Made by a program: the position numbers and the translations under genes. Shown here in pieces: positions 52,120 to 64,000 of a stretch of 64,000 nucleotides of DNA; the stretch's first letter is position 1; every line of letters starts with the position of its first letter. This stretch comes from Hydrolagus affinis (taxonomy: Eukaryota): positions 1 through 64,000 of the forward strand of contig JAAILG010001302.1 of NCBI GenBank assembly GCA_012026655.1, given 5' to 3'. The notes under the pieces are model-generated. The model ran no database searches, had not been told where the DNA came from, and saw only the letters and a program-made list of their open reading frames with translations.

Positions 52120-52997
52120 TGCAATACAGCTGATTTGGGATGTTTAAACTGGTACGAAACATTGCTTTTACAACTCACAAAGAGTTAACGCTTTTTTTTA
52201 ATCTTTGAAGGCTGCTTGCATTTCCTCAGAAGAGCTCCAGCCTATTGACTGAGCTGGCCTGGCATTATTCCTGTGGCAGTCCACACTGCAGCAGAAACAG
52301 AGCAAGGTGTTACTTACTGGAAACCTGACTTAGTTAGGAATTTGGATGGATTTTCACATTTTTCTGCCTGGTTTTACAGAAAAATTCAAACATTGTTTAT
52401 CAAATGACAGGCAGGAAAAGCAAATCATTTTTGCTCCCATTGACTTTCCCCACATAACATTCTTTGGCTGGTAGGCAACTCACTGTGTTCGGCACTATTA
52501 CAAAATTGGCATAGACTGACTTCTCCTCTAAGTTTCCATCTATTCATTGATTCTTTCTGCTCTACACCAGTCACAATATTTCTTAAAGTAGGGTTCCGTC
52601 AATGGAGCAGGGGAGCATCAGGCTGCAGATAGAATTGTTGCAGGCAATTGGTTGTGCGTTTGAATCTTTTCAACAGAGACTAGAGAGATGAATAGTGTGT
52701 CAATTACAACCTGAAGCTCAGTGAGTTATAAACTACCTCAAAAATGACCCGCATGCCCCCCACTCCAACCCTCATATTTCCATATTTACCTTCCCAAGTA
52801 TGTGAATTACAACCAGCTTCAAGGTTAAAAGAATCTTAAAGTTTACATCGAAATAGTTTGTTATATTTTCTGACAGAAGAGTAAGGTAATCTACTAAACG
52901 GATTTGCTGCAGTGCAAAACGTTTCCTTTTGGACTGAAAATATCAGTGATTGTCATAACTCTGCCATTATTTAATTTTTAAAATGCTCAAGGTCATT

Positions 52998-54310
52998 TAT
53001 AACAACAAAATTATGTTTATAGAGTGCCCTTCACATCGGAAGGACGTACCAAGGTGCTGAACAGACAGGTCGTGACCCGAGCAAGGGGTGGGACAATGCA
53101 GGGGGGAGAAAAGGGAGAGTTGGCATGGGAGGGAGAGAGTTTGGGAAGGCAGAAGAAGGCACAATTGAAGAGGAGTGTCTTCAGCCCAGCTTTGAAGGAG
53201 GCAGTGGAGGAAACAGGCGAAGGGACTGTGGGATTTAATTCCACAGTGTGGGGGCAGAGAGGCTGAAAGCCCGTCCACTGATGGTAGGACAGGTCTCGAA
53301 GGTGACATGGAGCAGACCAGAGTCTGCTGAACTGTGGGGGCAAACAGGTTGATAGGGAGACAGCAAATCAGAGAGATAGGAGGAGGGAAGATCGTGAATG
53401 GCCTTGAAAGTGAGTACTAGGATCTTGAATTCGATCCTCTGGGGGATGGAGAGCCAATGCAGCCGTGTGAGGGTGGGAGTGATGTGGTCGGGGAGCTTCG
53501 TCCACGAGAGGACATGAGCTGCAGAGTTCTGAATGATTTGTTGCTTTTGAAGGGAAGAACTGGGAAGGCAGATGAGGAGGGAGTTTCCATAGTAGAGCCT
53601 TGATGTGACAAATGCCTGGACAAGGGTTTCAGCAGCCTGAAGGGTGAGGCAGTCACGGAGTCTGGCAATGTTATGGAGGTGGTGGACGGGAGTGCTGGTC
53701 ATGGCATGGCTGTGGGGGAGGAAATGCAGTTCAGGATCAAACAAGATAGCCGGGTTCCTAACCGGCTTTGAGAGTTGGAGTGTGCAGCCTTGAATGCTGA
53801 TGCTGCCAACCCCTGAGGTGCAGAGGCCCTGATACAAGCCAATCAGGAGGGCCTGAGTCTTGCGTACATTCAACTGGAAAAGTTGTCCCTCATTCAGAAG
53901 TCAATGTCAGTCAGGCAGGCAGTCAGGACACCAGTAGTCCTGGACTTGAGGGTGGAAGCGGAAAGGTAGAGTTGGGTGTCATCCGTGTACATGTAAAAAT
54001 TTACCCCATGTCTGCGGATGAGGTCACCGAAGGGGAGCATGTAGAGGGAGAAGAGGAGGGGACCAAGGACAGTTCCCTGAAGAATGCTGCACAGGACAGT
54101 GCGCGGGCTGGAGGAAAAGCCATTGGCGGACACAAAGTGGAGACTGTTTGATGGATAGGACCGGAACCAGTCAAGGACAGAACCTTCAAGGTTGAGGAAG
54201 GAGGAGAGGCGGTAATGGAGGATTGTGTGGTCCACAGTATCGAAGGTGGCAGATACATCGAGGAGGATGAGGTGGCAGAGGGAGTCCTGGTCACATATGG
54301 TCAGGATATA
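52998..54310 (-). mobile_element. 5'-truncated L2 (~1.3 kb) with reverse-transcriptase remnant
   Basis: LLDVSATFDTVDHTIL, QGTVLGPLLFSLYMLP, YTDDTQLY (YADD box) then ORF2 C-terminus; stops and frameshifts at ~53894 and ~53235; (CAA)n tail. Confidence 0.95.
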
Positions 54311-54339
54311 ATTTGAGCGGATATTGTATACATGTGGGC

Positions 54340-54480
54340 ATTTCACAAATTCACTGTCAATTCATTTTACAGTATAAATGTAATTTGTTGTTTGTTGTTG
54401 TTATATTCTGTGAAGCGTTTTGAGACTTCTAGAAGACGTGAAAAGCGCTACATCAAATGCAAGGATTATTATTAGTAGTA
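54340..54480 (+). mobile_element. SINE 3' end with a short L2 tail inserted
   Basis: SINE tttacagtat|attctgtgaagcg is interrupted by aaatgtaatttgttgtttgttgttgtt. Confidence 0.75.
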
Positions 54481-54639
54481 TTTTTATTGGGCCATTTTTA
54501 TATCTCTGTGTAGTTGCGTAACGTGCTCTGTTGTTTTTCCCTCTGCGTGGTGCAGATGTGGGATACATTGGTTTTAATGGCATTATTTACTCTTTCATTC
54601 TTATTAATTCTCCTGGGAGGGGAGGGGGTGGAGTTGAAG

Positions 54640-55022
54640 CTGAATTGGCTCCAAGGGGACCTGCTTGGCAACGGAATGTTGAAATCGAGCCAGCCTCTGT
54701 TGCGGTCTTCGTAGTCTGATCCTGATCCAAGCACGTCCACAGTACTCCAGGCCAATGTTGGACAGCACAGACAGCCTAGTTCATCGGCAGGACTTGGAAG
54801 GGCAGACCAGAAACAACAAGGACAGGGAATCATCCCACAGTTAACCCTGCAAGCCAAAACCCTAGCAGGTAGTGTGATCCTAGCTGGACAATCAATGTTT
54901 GCCAGACGGTGATATCAATGGCAAGCTATGCGGTTTTAGCTGGTTAAACTACAATCCCTTTACCATGTAATGCACTTTGACACATCCTCCAGAGGTAGAA
55001 AACATAATAACAAATGCAAGGG
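54640..55022 (+). repeat. GC-richer unclassified element ending in an L2-like tail
   Basis: Ends gtaatgcactttgacacatcctccagaggtagaaaacataatacaaatgcaag; body unlike the other SINEs. Confidence 0.4.
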
Positions 55023-55764
55023 AGTTTTGAAAATTATTATCTTTCCTCTAGTTTTGAGTAGTTGCTTCCCCTCATGCAGGGTCACAATAAAGGTATCTCA
55101 TTATTTATCTAACTAGGTTATCAGAGAGCACCTCATCTGCCAGGCTATGACTGGCTAAGTTAATTCCCACTTGCTGGTCAGTTCTAGTAAAGATTTAAGC
55201 GGCCTCAAAATATTTAAATTAAAATGAAGCTGCATTAAAAAAACGATAACTCATTCAGCATTTGCCTCCCAGAATTTTGCCACATCCACCCTCCCGCTGT
55301 CTTATCACTTTAAATTTATTGGGTATTGTAGATATAATGGCTTGGATGAGTGGATATAGCATCTTTCCAAACTGAATTCAAACTCGGGAAATTTTCATTA
55401 CGCACACATACTCTGCGTTTAAATGATTCATTCACTTTATCATTCGTTGTTCTCAAAAGGACGCAATAAAGTTATATACAGGTCCCATCTGCCTGTTTAG
55501 GGGGTTGTTAAAGATCCCATTGCACTTATCTTGACTTATTCTGATGTGAGGTGAGCGTCATTTGATTATTTTGGAAATTACCTATGAATAAAATTATGAA
55601 TAAAATTATTTGCTAAAGATTTGTTGCACACTGTTGAAAAACATTACCATCCTGAAAACTATTAATGTCTGAAAAATTACATTTGCAGAATTTTTTAAAA
55701 TTAAAAATTCATGCCAACTCCTATTGATTTAAAACCAACTGAAACCCAAATCATGTATCAGTGA

Positions 55765-55875
55765 AGCTCAGTTGGTAGCACTCTCGCCTCTGAGTCAGAA
55801 AGGTGTGGGTTCAAGCCTACGTCATCATGTGGAACTCACAGTCCAGTTTTGACGTGCCAATCCAGTGCTGGTGGT
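55765..55875 (+). mobile_element. DeuSINE tRNA-like head
   Basis: gctcagttggtagcactctcgcctctgagtcagaa.ggtgtgggttcaagcc. Confidence 0.75.
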
Positions 55876-56857
55876 GTTTCAACAAATTCAGTTACTACAG
55901 CCTACAGAAAAATCCTATGAAGCATTTTCAGACATATATCTACAGGAAATAAGCTAGACCAAATGCGAGAATTGTTATTGTTTAGAAATGAAAACTGAAA
56001 ATATTTACAACAATGTATACAGTATTCAGAATTCAGTGTCTGAGGTTGACTATTTTATATTTAACTTTTAGCTCACACACTGTAACGCAGAATCAATTCT
56101 ACCTTGAAATCGTCATAAAAATGTTCAGCATAGCTAATGGGCCTAGTGGAAAAACAGGTATCTGTTACTCTAACTTTTAAAATTATTTTCCACGTCCTTT
56201 CATCATTCTTCCCATTCTTTCTCGTCTATTTATATTATTTGAATTTAATTGTTATCTACTTAATAAAGGCTTCTCTACCCAATATGTGACTTAAAATTTT
56301 TGTTTAAATTTAAGACATTGCTTGCTTTCCTAAATTTTGGATGTGGGAGCCAAATCCAAACATTTTGTACTTTGATGGATTAAACCCCCGCCCTCCAGAG
56401 ACTGTTTTTAACCAATTAACAGGTGAGGAATTTTGTTCATAAATATTGAAAAGGCTGCATCTAAGATGCGATAGATTGATGCAATAACCTGATTCTTATA
56501 CACTAGAGATTCATTGCTCTATAGCCAGTCATTTTGACAGCTTGGATGGTAAGATCTCTTCCAACAAGTTAACAGTTAGACTTGTGTCCTGCTGAGGGCT
56601 AGCTCGGTTCATGCTGTCAATTTGAGTGCTTTGAGTATATCTCCTTGCTCATATTCATGATTTTCTTATTCATATGTCCATACACTTAAAATGCTGTTTG
56701 CAGTAAAATATTGTGAGACACTGTATTCCAACACACTTCCCTCTAACTGTTAAGGCACAGCTTAACACCTGAGATTTTCTTACATTCCTTATGCTGACCA
56801 ATGGATGCACTTTGTGTACACTTCTTCAATTCCAAGCCAATACTTGAAGTATTGAAA

Positions 56858-57150
56858 TGTGGAGTCCTGTAGCTTTGTGATTAGAGCACTCACCTTGTAA
56901 GCAAGAGAACTGGGTTCAGTTCCCAGCAGGGCAAACCTTTGGGCATGTTTCCTTACAGCCTTAAGAAACAAAAACAATAATAATTTGATCATTCAATCCA
57001 CAACTGTTTGTGCGTAATTGGCTGCTGCGTTTCACCCACAAATATACAATCAACTCATTTTACTGTATATTCTGTGAAGCGCTTTGAGACATCTAGAAGA
57101 GGTGAAAAGTGCTGTATCAAATGCAAGGATTATTATTATTGATTGTTATT
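56858..57150 (+). mobile_element. tRNA-derived SINE
   Basis: Head tgtggagtcctgtagct.., body with small deletions, (ATT)n tail. Confidence 0.9.
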
Positions 57151-57474
57151 ATGTTTCCCTTCCTTTTATTATGAGAAATAAGTGACGAGCAATAATCATT
57201 ACTTAACTGGCCATGTTTATTTAAATGTTTAGCTGAATTGCTACTCCAGTCTAAAGAAAGCACTTTATCTCCATCAATGACTTAACTTGGTTAGGTCATT
57301 GATTGACTTAAATCATCTTAAGGATATGCTTGTCTTGTGCTTCCATTAGCTGCATGTCAGAAGGATTTAAGTATGGATGCAAATTATTATCTGGTTTACT
57401 CTATCTTTTAATTGTGTTTCCTTGTTTAATGAATCTATGCTTTAGTTAATCTAACACATATCTATTACCATCAT

Positions 57475-58265
57475 CAACAACAACAACAAAATTACATTTA
57501 TAGAGCGCCTTTCACGTTGGGAGGACGTCCCAAGGCGCTGCACAGGAGGCGTGTGACCCGAGCTGGGAGGGGAGTGTTTGGGCAGGGGTGAAACACGAAG
57601 GGGAGGTCGAAGAATTCGGGGTGGAACAAAAGGCACGGTCGAAGAGGAAAGTCTTCAAACTGGCCTTGAAAGAGGAAAGGGAAGAAACGAGACGGAGGGA
57701 TTGGGGGATAGAATTCCATAGGGTGGGAGCGGAGAAACTGAACCCAACTGGTACCCAAACAAGGGGGAGGGGCAGGGGAGGGGGGAGGAGAGGGAGAGAG
57801 TTAGGAGGGCAGCAGAAGGCACGATTGAAGAGGAGGGTCTTGAGACTGGCCTTGAAGGAGGCAAGGGAGGTGAAGAGACTGCGGGATGGAGTTCCAGAGT
57901 TTGGGGGCAGAGGTTAAAAGCCCGTCCACCGATGGTAGGGCAGAGGACATGAAGCAGACCGGAACCTGCTGAATGGAGGGGGCAGGCAGGTTTATAGGGA
58001 GACAGCAGGTCAGAGAGATAGGATGGGGGCAAAGCCGTGAATAGCCTTGAAAAGTGAGCATGAGGATGTTGAATTCAATCTCTGGGGGATGGGAAACCAA
58101 TGGAGCTGGGCAAAAGTGGGAATGATGTGGTCAAGGAGCTTAGTGTGGGAGAGGATATGACCTGCAGAGTTCTGGATGATCTGCAGTTGTGAAGGGAAGA
58201 GCAGGGAAGGCCGACGAGGAGGGAGTTTCTATAGTCGAGCCTTGATGTGACAAATGCATGGACAA
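57475..58265 (-). mobile_element. Two tandem L2 fragments: young 3' end (57475-57745) plus a second subfamily ORF2 fragment (57760-58265)
   Basis: The ORF2 end (aaggcacg..gaagagga..ggccttgaa) occurs twice; HAFVTSRLDYRNSLLVGLP at the 5' end. Confidence 0.9.
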
Positions 58266-59994
58266 TGTGTATGTGTGTACCATGCACATTCCCAAAGAAT
58301 AACATACCAAATTGAACTTTACTATACAATGAAATCAAATTGTAATGAAAATTAATGTAAAGAATGTGAGCAAGAGAATGGCAGGATGTTCTAATAGTAG
58401 GAGATGGTGCCAACTCTATCAGTGTCTTTCTTATGATCTGTATTTCATTAAAAGTATTTGAATCAGAAATTGTTGATCCGTGATGGTTTAAAATTGTAAG
58501 TGATTTTTTCCCCTGCACTCTGAAAGTGCCCACAGAACCAGCTTAGATGCCTGTTTGGCTACATTTTGGAGCTGAAACTCACAAATGTTGATGGAAAGAA
58601 AAGAGAATAACATACTCTGATAGCGAACTACTTTTGAAAGCATGTGTGACATTTTATGTGTTTGTGAGCAAACATAGAAGAAAGGTTTTTTGCCTTGTTG
58701 TACATTAGAGATTCTGCAATACCTGCTAATGTAATTATTGTAAAATGGAGCAATATGAGTTGGGTGTTCCTTACCCGGTTAGCTTACTTGAAAACGTAGT
58801 TATCTCGGTCGGTAAATTAGAATATTTGTTTTTGTAATCACTGTTAAGGTGGGGTCTACTGCCATTTAAGACATCTGGGGATAAGACGAGGTGTGATACA
58901 TTTAATTTGGCAAAAGTACATTTTGTATTGTGAAGTCACAGCAGTGAGCTGAAAGCTCCTTTGAGAGTTGAAAAGTGGCGTCTCACAGGCCAAGGAACTT
59001 ATCCAGTGGAATCATGTGAAGAGCACTGAACACTAGAGGGGGAGCTAACCCATTGAGAGGAGTTAAACCTCTGGCCCCACTGGGAGATGATCAGAGTGAT
59101 CGTACAGCTTCTGGTTTAAATGAGCAAAAGTTAGTGGTTGGGAAGCAGTGGTTGAAAAGTCAAAGGGTCAAGAAGAGTTGAGAGCCAATTTATTACTGTT
59201 TTTCAGAAGGAGTTAGCAAATCTTGAGTGGAATTGAGAAGTTTTCCTCTCTTACATCAGGATGTGGAGTATTATTCTTAAGCCCCTTTGGAAGTTATTCA
59301 AGGTGAAGAGTAGGATTATAGGGGATTTTTTTCTGTGAGTACTACTTTAGTATTTAACAAAATGTATAAACTGTCGTAAAGTCACAAATCCTTCAGGGGA
59401 ATAAAATAATCAATTTTCTGATTTTTACAAATGAGACACTCAGAATTTGTTTCAGATGCTATTAAGTGGTATCCATGCTGAGGTCCTGAAGGAAAAATAA
59501 GAACAGAGCAAATAGATGATCTGGACCACAAGTGTGGTTGCTTTACAGTTTTTAAAACCAAACCATAATTTGTCTTTCAGATGGAATGAGCTACATCTTT
59601 TGATTTCATGAGTATCTTTACAAGGCATATGGATTTCTTCAAATTGTTTCCATCAGTTTCCAAGAGTATACAAGAATATTAATTAATTCATACAGCAATA
59701 GTTTGAGGGATGTTCTTGTTTCTTACAAAAAAGAAATCCTCACAAAATTATCATTGGTCATCTTTTCTACTTTTTAACTTGTAAATAGTGTTTGATCTAC
59801 GAATGCTGCGCTATGTCTGATTAGGTAGATATTGGAGGGAAAATTCAAAGGCAAGCAGTAGCACTGGCGTTAGGCCATTGGTCTTTCTACCAAGCAGGTC
59901 AAGGGTCAGAATCCCAGCATTTGCTGACATTCAAATGTGGCTGCTTTTTCTGGGCCTGTTATGAAAGGTAGCCAGTTTAATTGAGCCCAAAGCA

Positions 59995-60120
59995 AAATAA
60001 TAATAAAAATAATCCTTGCATTTGATATATGCCTCATCATGTCTTCGAGACATCTCAAAGCGCTTCACAGAATACATTGGAAAGTGGAGAGACTGTAAAT
60101 TTTGTGGGTGAATTGTGGGC
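59995..60120 (-). mobile_element. SINE 3' end
   Basis: aataatccttgcatttgatat..gacatctcaaagcgcttcacagaatac. Confidence 0.8.
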
Positions 60121-60919
60121 ATATTGGGAGGAACGGAAGACGGAAGAGAGAAAACATCTGAAAGACCTCTCCTCCTGTGTTTGATCTCTCTTCGTGCTCC
60201 TGACTGACAGTGGCTGTGAAGAAGTCATTGATTTTGATCACCTGAGGTTCTACGGGGAAACTAAAAAGTTTTGCTGCGAAAGGTGGTGGCAACGGTTGAC
60301 CCAAAAGGGAAGAAAGTGAAAAGCTACATAGACACTAGACTTTTCCATTATATTTAGCCAAGTGAATTGTGTCATTTTTTAGATCAGTGTGTCGAATTGA
60401 GTGTGGTACTGTATTGAAATGTTGTTGTGTTGATGTGGTGAAGCTGTGGTGCTGTGTTATAAAGCATTGTAACTTAGGTTTAATCCTACATGTCCCTGAG
60501 TTCCTGGACTTCTTCCTTTAACTGAAAGCTTGACCTTGCTTAACAGAGGGAGGTACAACCTGGGGTACCTCCAATGGAAGCCACCCTCTCCCTCCCGCAC
60601 CTGCCATGGACGTCAAGCATCTGGCATTCCACCTGGCAATGATAGCGATGGTGGAAGCTTGGGGCAAAGCTGTTCCCTACTTTAACAACATTTTATTGCA
60701 ATAGGGACTTGTTTTCAGGTGCCAGCAAATGCAAATCATTGGAAAGTATTAGACAGTTCAGTGACAGCCAAGATTGGAATCCCAAAGCGTGCATTGGGGT
60801 AATACTGGAATTTAACCTACTAAAACCACATAGCTTGCTATTGAAAGCATTGCCTGGCATGTTTTCTGCTGCTTATCCAGCTAAGACCATCCTACCTATT
60901 TAAACTGGAGGATCAAAGG

Positions 60920-61023
60920 AAGATTGAAATGAAAGCAAAAGTAATAAGAATCTACAGCAGGTCAATGAAGATCCAAAGGGGAAAAATAGGTTAACGCGTC
61001 AGGTATGGTCTTTCATCAGAGCT
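60920..61023 (-). mobile_element. Degraded Penelope-type repeat
   Basis: tgaaatgaaagcaaaa..cagcaggtcaa..ggttaacgcgtcagg..ctttcatcag, same layout as 34352. Confidence 0.55.
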
Positions 61024-61165
61024 CACACCTACTGTTAATCGACAGTTTGTATTTAGTTTCATTACACCTCAGCCTGATCTTAAGATTGAGCATTCAATTG
61101 GGGAAAAACAGATGCTCTGGCCAGAACCAGTGCTAATGACTATAATAGGATCATAATACTGTAGC

Positions 61166-61560
61166 AATAATACAAATAATCCTTGCATTTGATATACAGC
61201 TTTATCATGTCTTTGAGGAGTCTCAATGTGCTTCACGCAATATACAGTAAAGTGAATTGACTATATTTTGTGGGTAAAACGGGGCAGCCAATTACACAGC
61301 GTCCCACAAACAGTCGTGGATTGAGTGACAAAATTATTAATATTTTATTTTTTATTTTATTTATTTTTTGAAGGGATTACTACCCCCGGAAAAGCGATCC
61401 GCTAATTGATTAAGAATCCAATTCTTACTTACTGCTAGGTAAATGGAAACATGTGGAGTAAGGAAACTTGGGAAGGAATGGTTTTGCCCTACTTGGGAAT
61501 TGAACCCAGGTCGTCCTGCTTGTGAGGCAAGTTCTCTAACAACTACACTACAGGACTACA
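61166..61560 (-). mobile_element. tRNA-derived SINE, long subfamily
   Basis: Contains the extra cccccggaaaagc..ttactgctaggtaaa block shared with the 1800 and 3609 copies. Confidence 0.88.
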
Positions 61561-62172
61561 AGCACCAACCACTCACCTGATAGCAGAAAATCTCACTCAC
61601 ATTTTCTATGGATAGGACATGTTCATGAGTTTTATTTCTATAATGTGAATTTTATTTTGTTGAAAATCATTGATGATGGATCCAAGAGCCTTATTTTATC
61701 TTTTAATCCATTCATTTTTATTATGGGGTAGATAATACAGAAATAAATAAATGACAGCACACAGGCAACTAACAGCTCCATTAATCATCAGCGTATCAAC
61801 CAAGCACGAAGACGGCAGGCCAAGTGTAGATTGTATCTCAAAGTTACCACTATATTATTGCAGAGAGGGTGAACAGAAAGAGAGAGAAACTCAGCTATCT
61901 GCCCACCCCAGATCATCTCCACTTCTCCCCCTCCCACTCGACAATGTGGGAAAAATAAATCTATAGAGAGTTGAATACATTTGGATGCACCTTTCTATTT
62001 AATAATATAGGATTATTAATAACAGCATAAGAGTAAGTTGACTCATGTCAATTCTCAATGGCTTTCAGAAGGACAGGGACAAAGTTTAATATTGAACCTT
62101 CTTCACGTGACCACAAGTGCCAAGTGGGGCTTTGAGTTGTTAGAATACATAGCACTCTGGATTGTGTGCAGT

Positions 62173-62481
62173 TAATAATAATAATCCTTGCATTTGATGT
62201 AGCGCTTTTCACATCTTATCAATGTCTCAAAGGGCTTCACATAATATACTGTAAATTGAATTGACTGTATATTTGTGGGTGAAATGCTGCAGCCAATTGC
62301 GCACAGCAGTGTTCCCATGAAAATGACCAATTTTTATTACTATGTTTTTTTGTGGAGGGATTATTATTAGGCGAATGGAGTAGGAAACTTGCCCAAGATT
62401 TCGCCCTGATCTGCCTGGATTCGAACACAGATCTCACGCTTGTAAGACGAGTGCTTTAACCACTGAGCTACAGGAGCTACA
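62173..62481 (-). mobile_element. Full-length tRNA-derived SINE with intact Pol III boxes
   Basis: Minus strand tagctcagtggttaaagc (A box) and gttcgaatcc (B box); tail (ATT)n. Confidence 0.92.
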
Positions 62482-63554
62482 GTTTGCCTCATACAGCACA
62501 GATGCTGTAGTGGATTCCTGTCTAAGTTTTAAAAAGTAGTGTAAATGCGCAGCCTGTTACTGTACAAATGATTGAATTGAGATTGCCATGCCATCAAAGG
62601 TGGTATTTTCAGAGAAATAGTTGTAACACGAAGCAATATTGTAACATTTCACTCCTATTTACTGTGAAGATGCACATTTGCAGCAAAGTAATTTCAAGCA
62701 CAATGTAACATTGTATAGACAAAGTGAGGGTACGCATGAAACCAACACAGTAAGTAAACTTTCATAGAATTGGGAGTGGTTCCATATTATGTAAAGCAGT
62801 CCAAATAAAATTGTTTGTGCAGTGTATCTTTTGCATTTGCTAGCAGAAGCTCTTCAATTTACTTATTCCTTTCACCTAAGCTAACAGAAGAGCTCAGACT
62901 CGGTGGTGCGCACTTCTCAACTATGGTTTTCTGAGTGGGGTTGAAGTTTAATTATTACTTCTTGTCCTTCTTCGAGTTGGCTGTGACAGTGACTGCACCA
63001 ACTGAGCACAAAAAAAAATTCTTATTCACCAACGTTAATAGGAAACTACACCACGTGTATATTCAGTCAGCAAATGTTCCAATATATCACAGCGATTTGC
63101 TCAACCCACCTTCGGAGGGCAAATCGAGCATGTTATTTTCTGTTTAGATCTGAATTCTGAGCCTATCAGTCAGGCGAGCTTTCCCATTCTGATTAAAGTG
63201 AGTCATAGAAACCTGAAGTGTTCACACAAGGTCTCATTAGAGCAGTGGCTGTAATGACCTTAGGCTTTCTAGTACAAAGCTGTGAGTGAACTTCAAATAT
63301 TAGAGTGCATCAATCAAATCTAAGTCAGGCTTTTCTTTCCTGTCATCTTTTTCTCTAACCCTAATCTGTATTTGCTGGTGAGAAGATTGGAGCTTTGGTA
63401 TAAAAGCCTTGACAATGTATGTGTTCTCGTCCTTTTTCGAAGCACTCATTTATTAAATCTACTTACCATAAATATAGGGTTAGCTTTCACATTGAACTGC
63501 TGCAGTTGTGTTGAGGGATTGTTCAGGAATGGAGGCTGATGTCGTTCATTGTGG

Positions 63555-63768
63555 AACAACCACAACCTCAGCTTGACAACACTGCATTTATCTAGTGCCC
63601 TTTACACAGGGTAACATCTCATATTGCTTAACAGTTGAAGGGCTTGTCGCCGAGCCACAGAGAGGGGGGAGGTAATTATAGACACAGTGAAAGAGGGGAA
63701 GTCTTCAGGTGTGATCTGAAGAGCTGCAAAGTTTGGGGGATGTGGAGGGGAGGGGGTGGCAAGGCAGA
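63555..63768 (-). mobile_element. Old L2 3' end
   Basis: ctgcatttatctagtgccctttacac..gtcttcaggtgtgatctgaa. Confidence 0.6.
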
Positions 63769-63769
63769 G

Positions 63770-64000
63770 AGAATCATAGAATCATAGAACCACAGAATTT
63801 TACGGCACAAAAGGATGCCATTCGGCCCATCTAGTTTGTATCGGCTCTTTGAAAAGAGCAACTCAATCCCACTGCCCTCTCCCCATAACCTAACAGACTG
63901 TTCTCCCTAAATAAAGATCTAATTCTCTTTTAAAAGCTGTTATCGAATCGGCCTCCACCACCTTTTCAGGCCGAATGAGGCAGAGAGTTCCAGAGTTTGG
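63770..64000 (-). mobile_element. CR1 LINE 3' end (runs off window end)
   Basis: (atcataga)n tail, ggatgccattcggcccatc, ctctttgaaaagagc, gcctccaccacc..ggcagagagttccaga. Confidence 0.88.

Noticed and set aside
50095-52188. Paralogous small peptides (..PMSTYSATSSGF..) in two ORFs
   Set aside because: Explained by the nucleotide-level inverted repeat; indels and differing starts argue against coding
53235-54346. Reverse transcriptase ORFs as a functional gene or retron-like system
   Set aside because: Ordinary 5'-truncated L2 with stops, frameshifts and an L2 tail; no endonuclease domain
55583-55609. 12-bp tandem duplication tatgaataaaat and short microsatellites (8047, 17706, 20229)
   Set aside because: Ordinary slippage products
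63093-63126. Small hairpin cgatttgc..cttcgg..gcaaatcg
   Set aside because: Only an 8-10 bp stem; the UUCG loop lacks a proper closing stem; chance-level
1-64000. CRISPR array or prokaryotic operon
   Set aside because: Recurring sequences are dispersed SINE/LINE tails without regular spacing; gene density and repeat content are vertebrate
1-64000. Strand bias of L2 insertions as evidence of host gene orientation
   Set aside because: Minus copies predominate among long fragments, but many plus-strand tails exist; the sample is too small

Overview
AT-rich, repeat-dense vertebrate non-coding DNA. The repeat inventory points to a cartilaginous fish, probably a chimaera such as Callorhinchus (inference from repeat families, not verified). 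It includes L2 LINEs with (TTG)n tails, CR1 3' ends, DeuSINE/SacSINE1-like elements, a young tRNA-derived SINE with an L2-type tail and (ATT)n end, and Penelope-type short repeats. I find no host protein-coding exon that I can support. Every ORF with recognisable protein motifs is a decayed L2 ORF2 (RT or C-terminal) fragment, and the rest look spurious. The window reads as a large intron or gene desert, with repeat-free blocks that resemble conserved non-coding enhancers. The most notable observations are: several perfect or complex local inverted duplications with template-switch signatures, including a perfect 35-bp-arm hairpin; hammerhead-ribozyme-like cores in Penelope-type repeats; a Tigger-like MITE; several ancient hairpin MITE relics; an inverted ~250-bp repeat pair; and a candidate 21-nt microexon. 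I cannot demonstrate a wholly new biological system. All coordinates were read by eye, and repeat edges are approximate.
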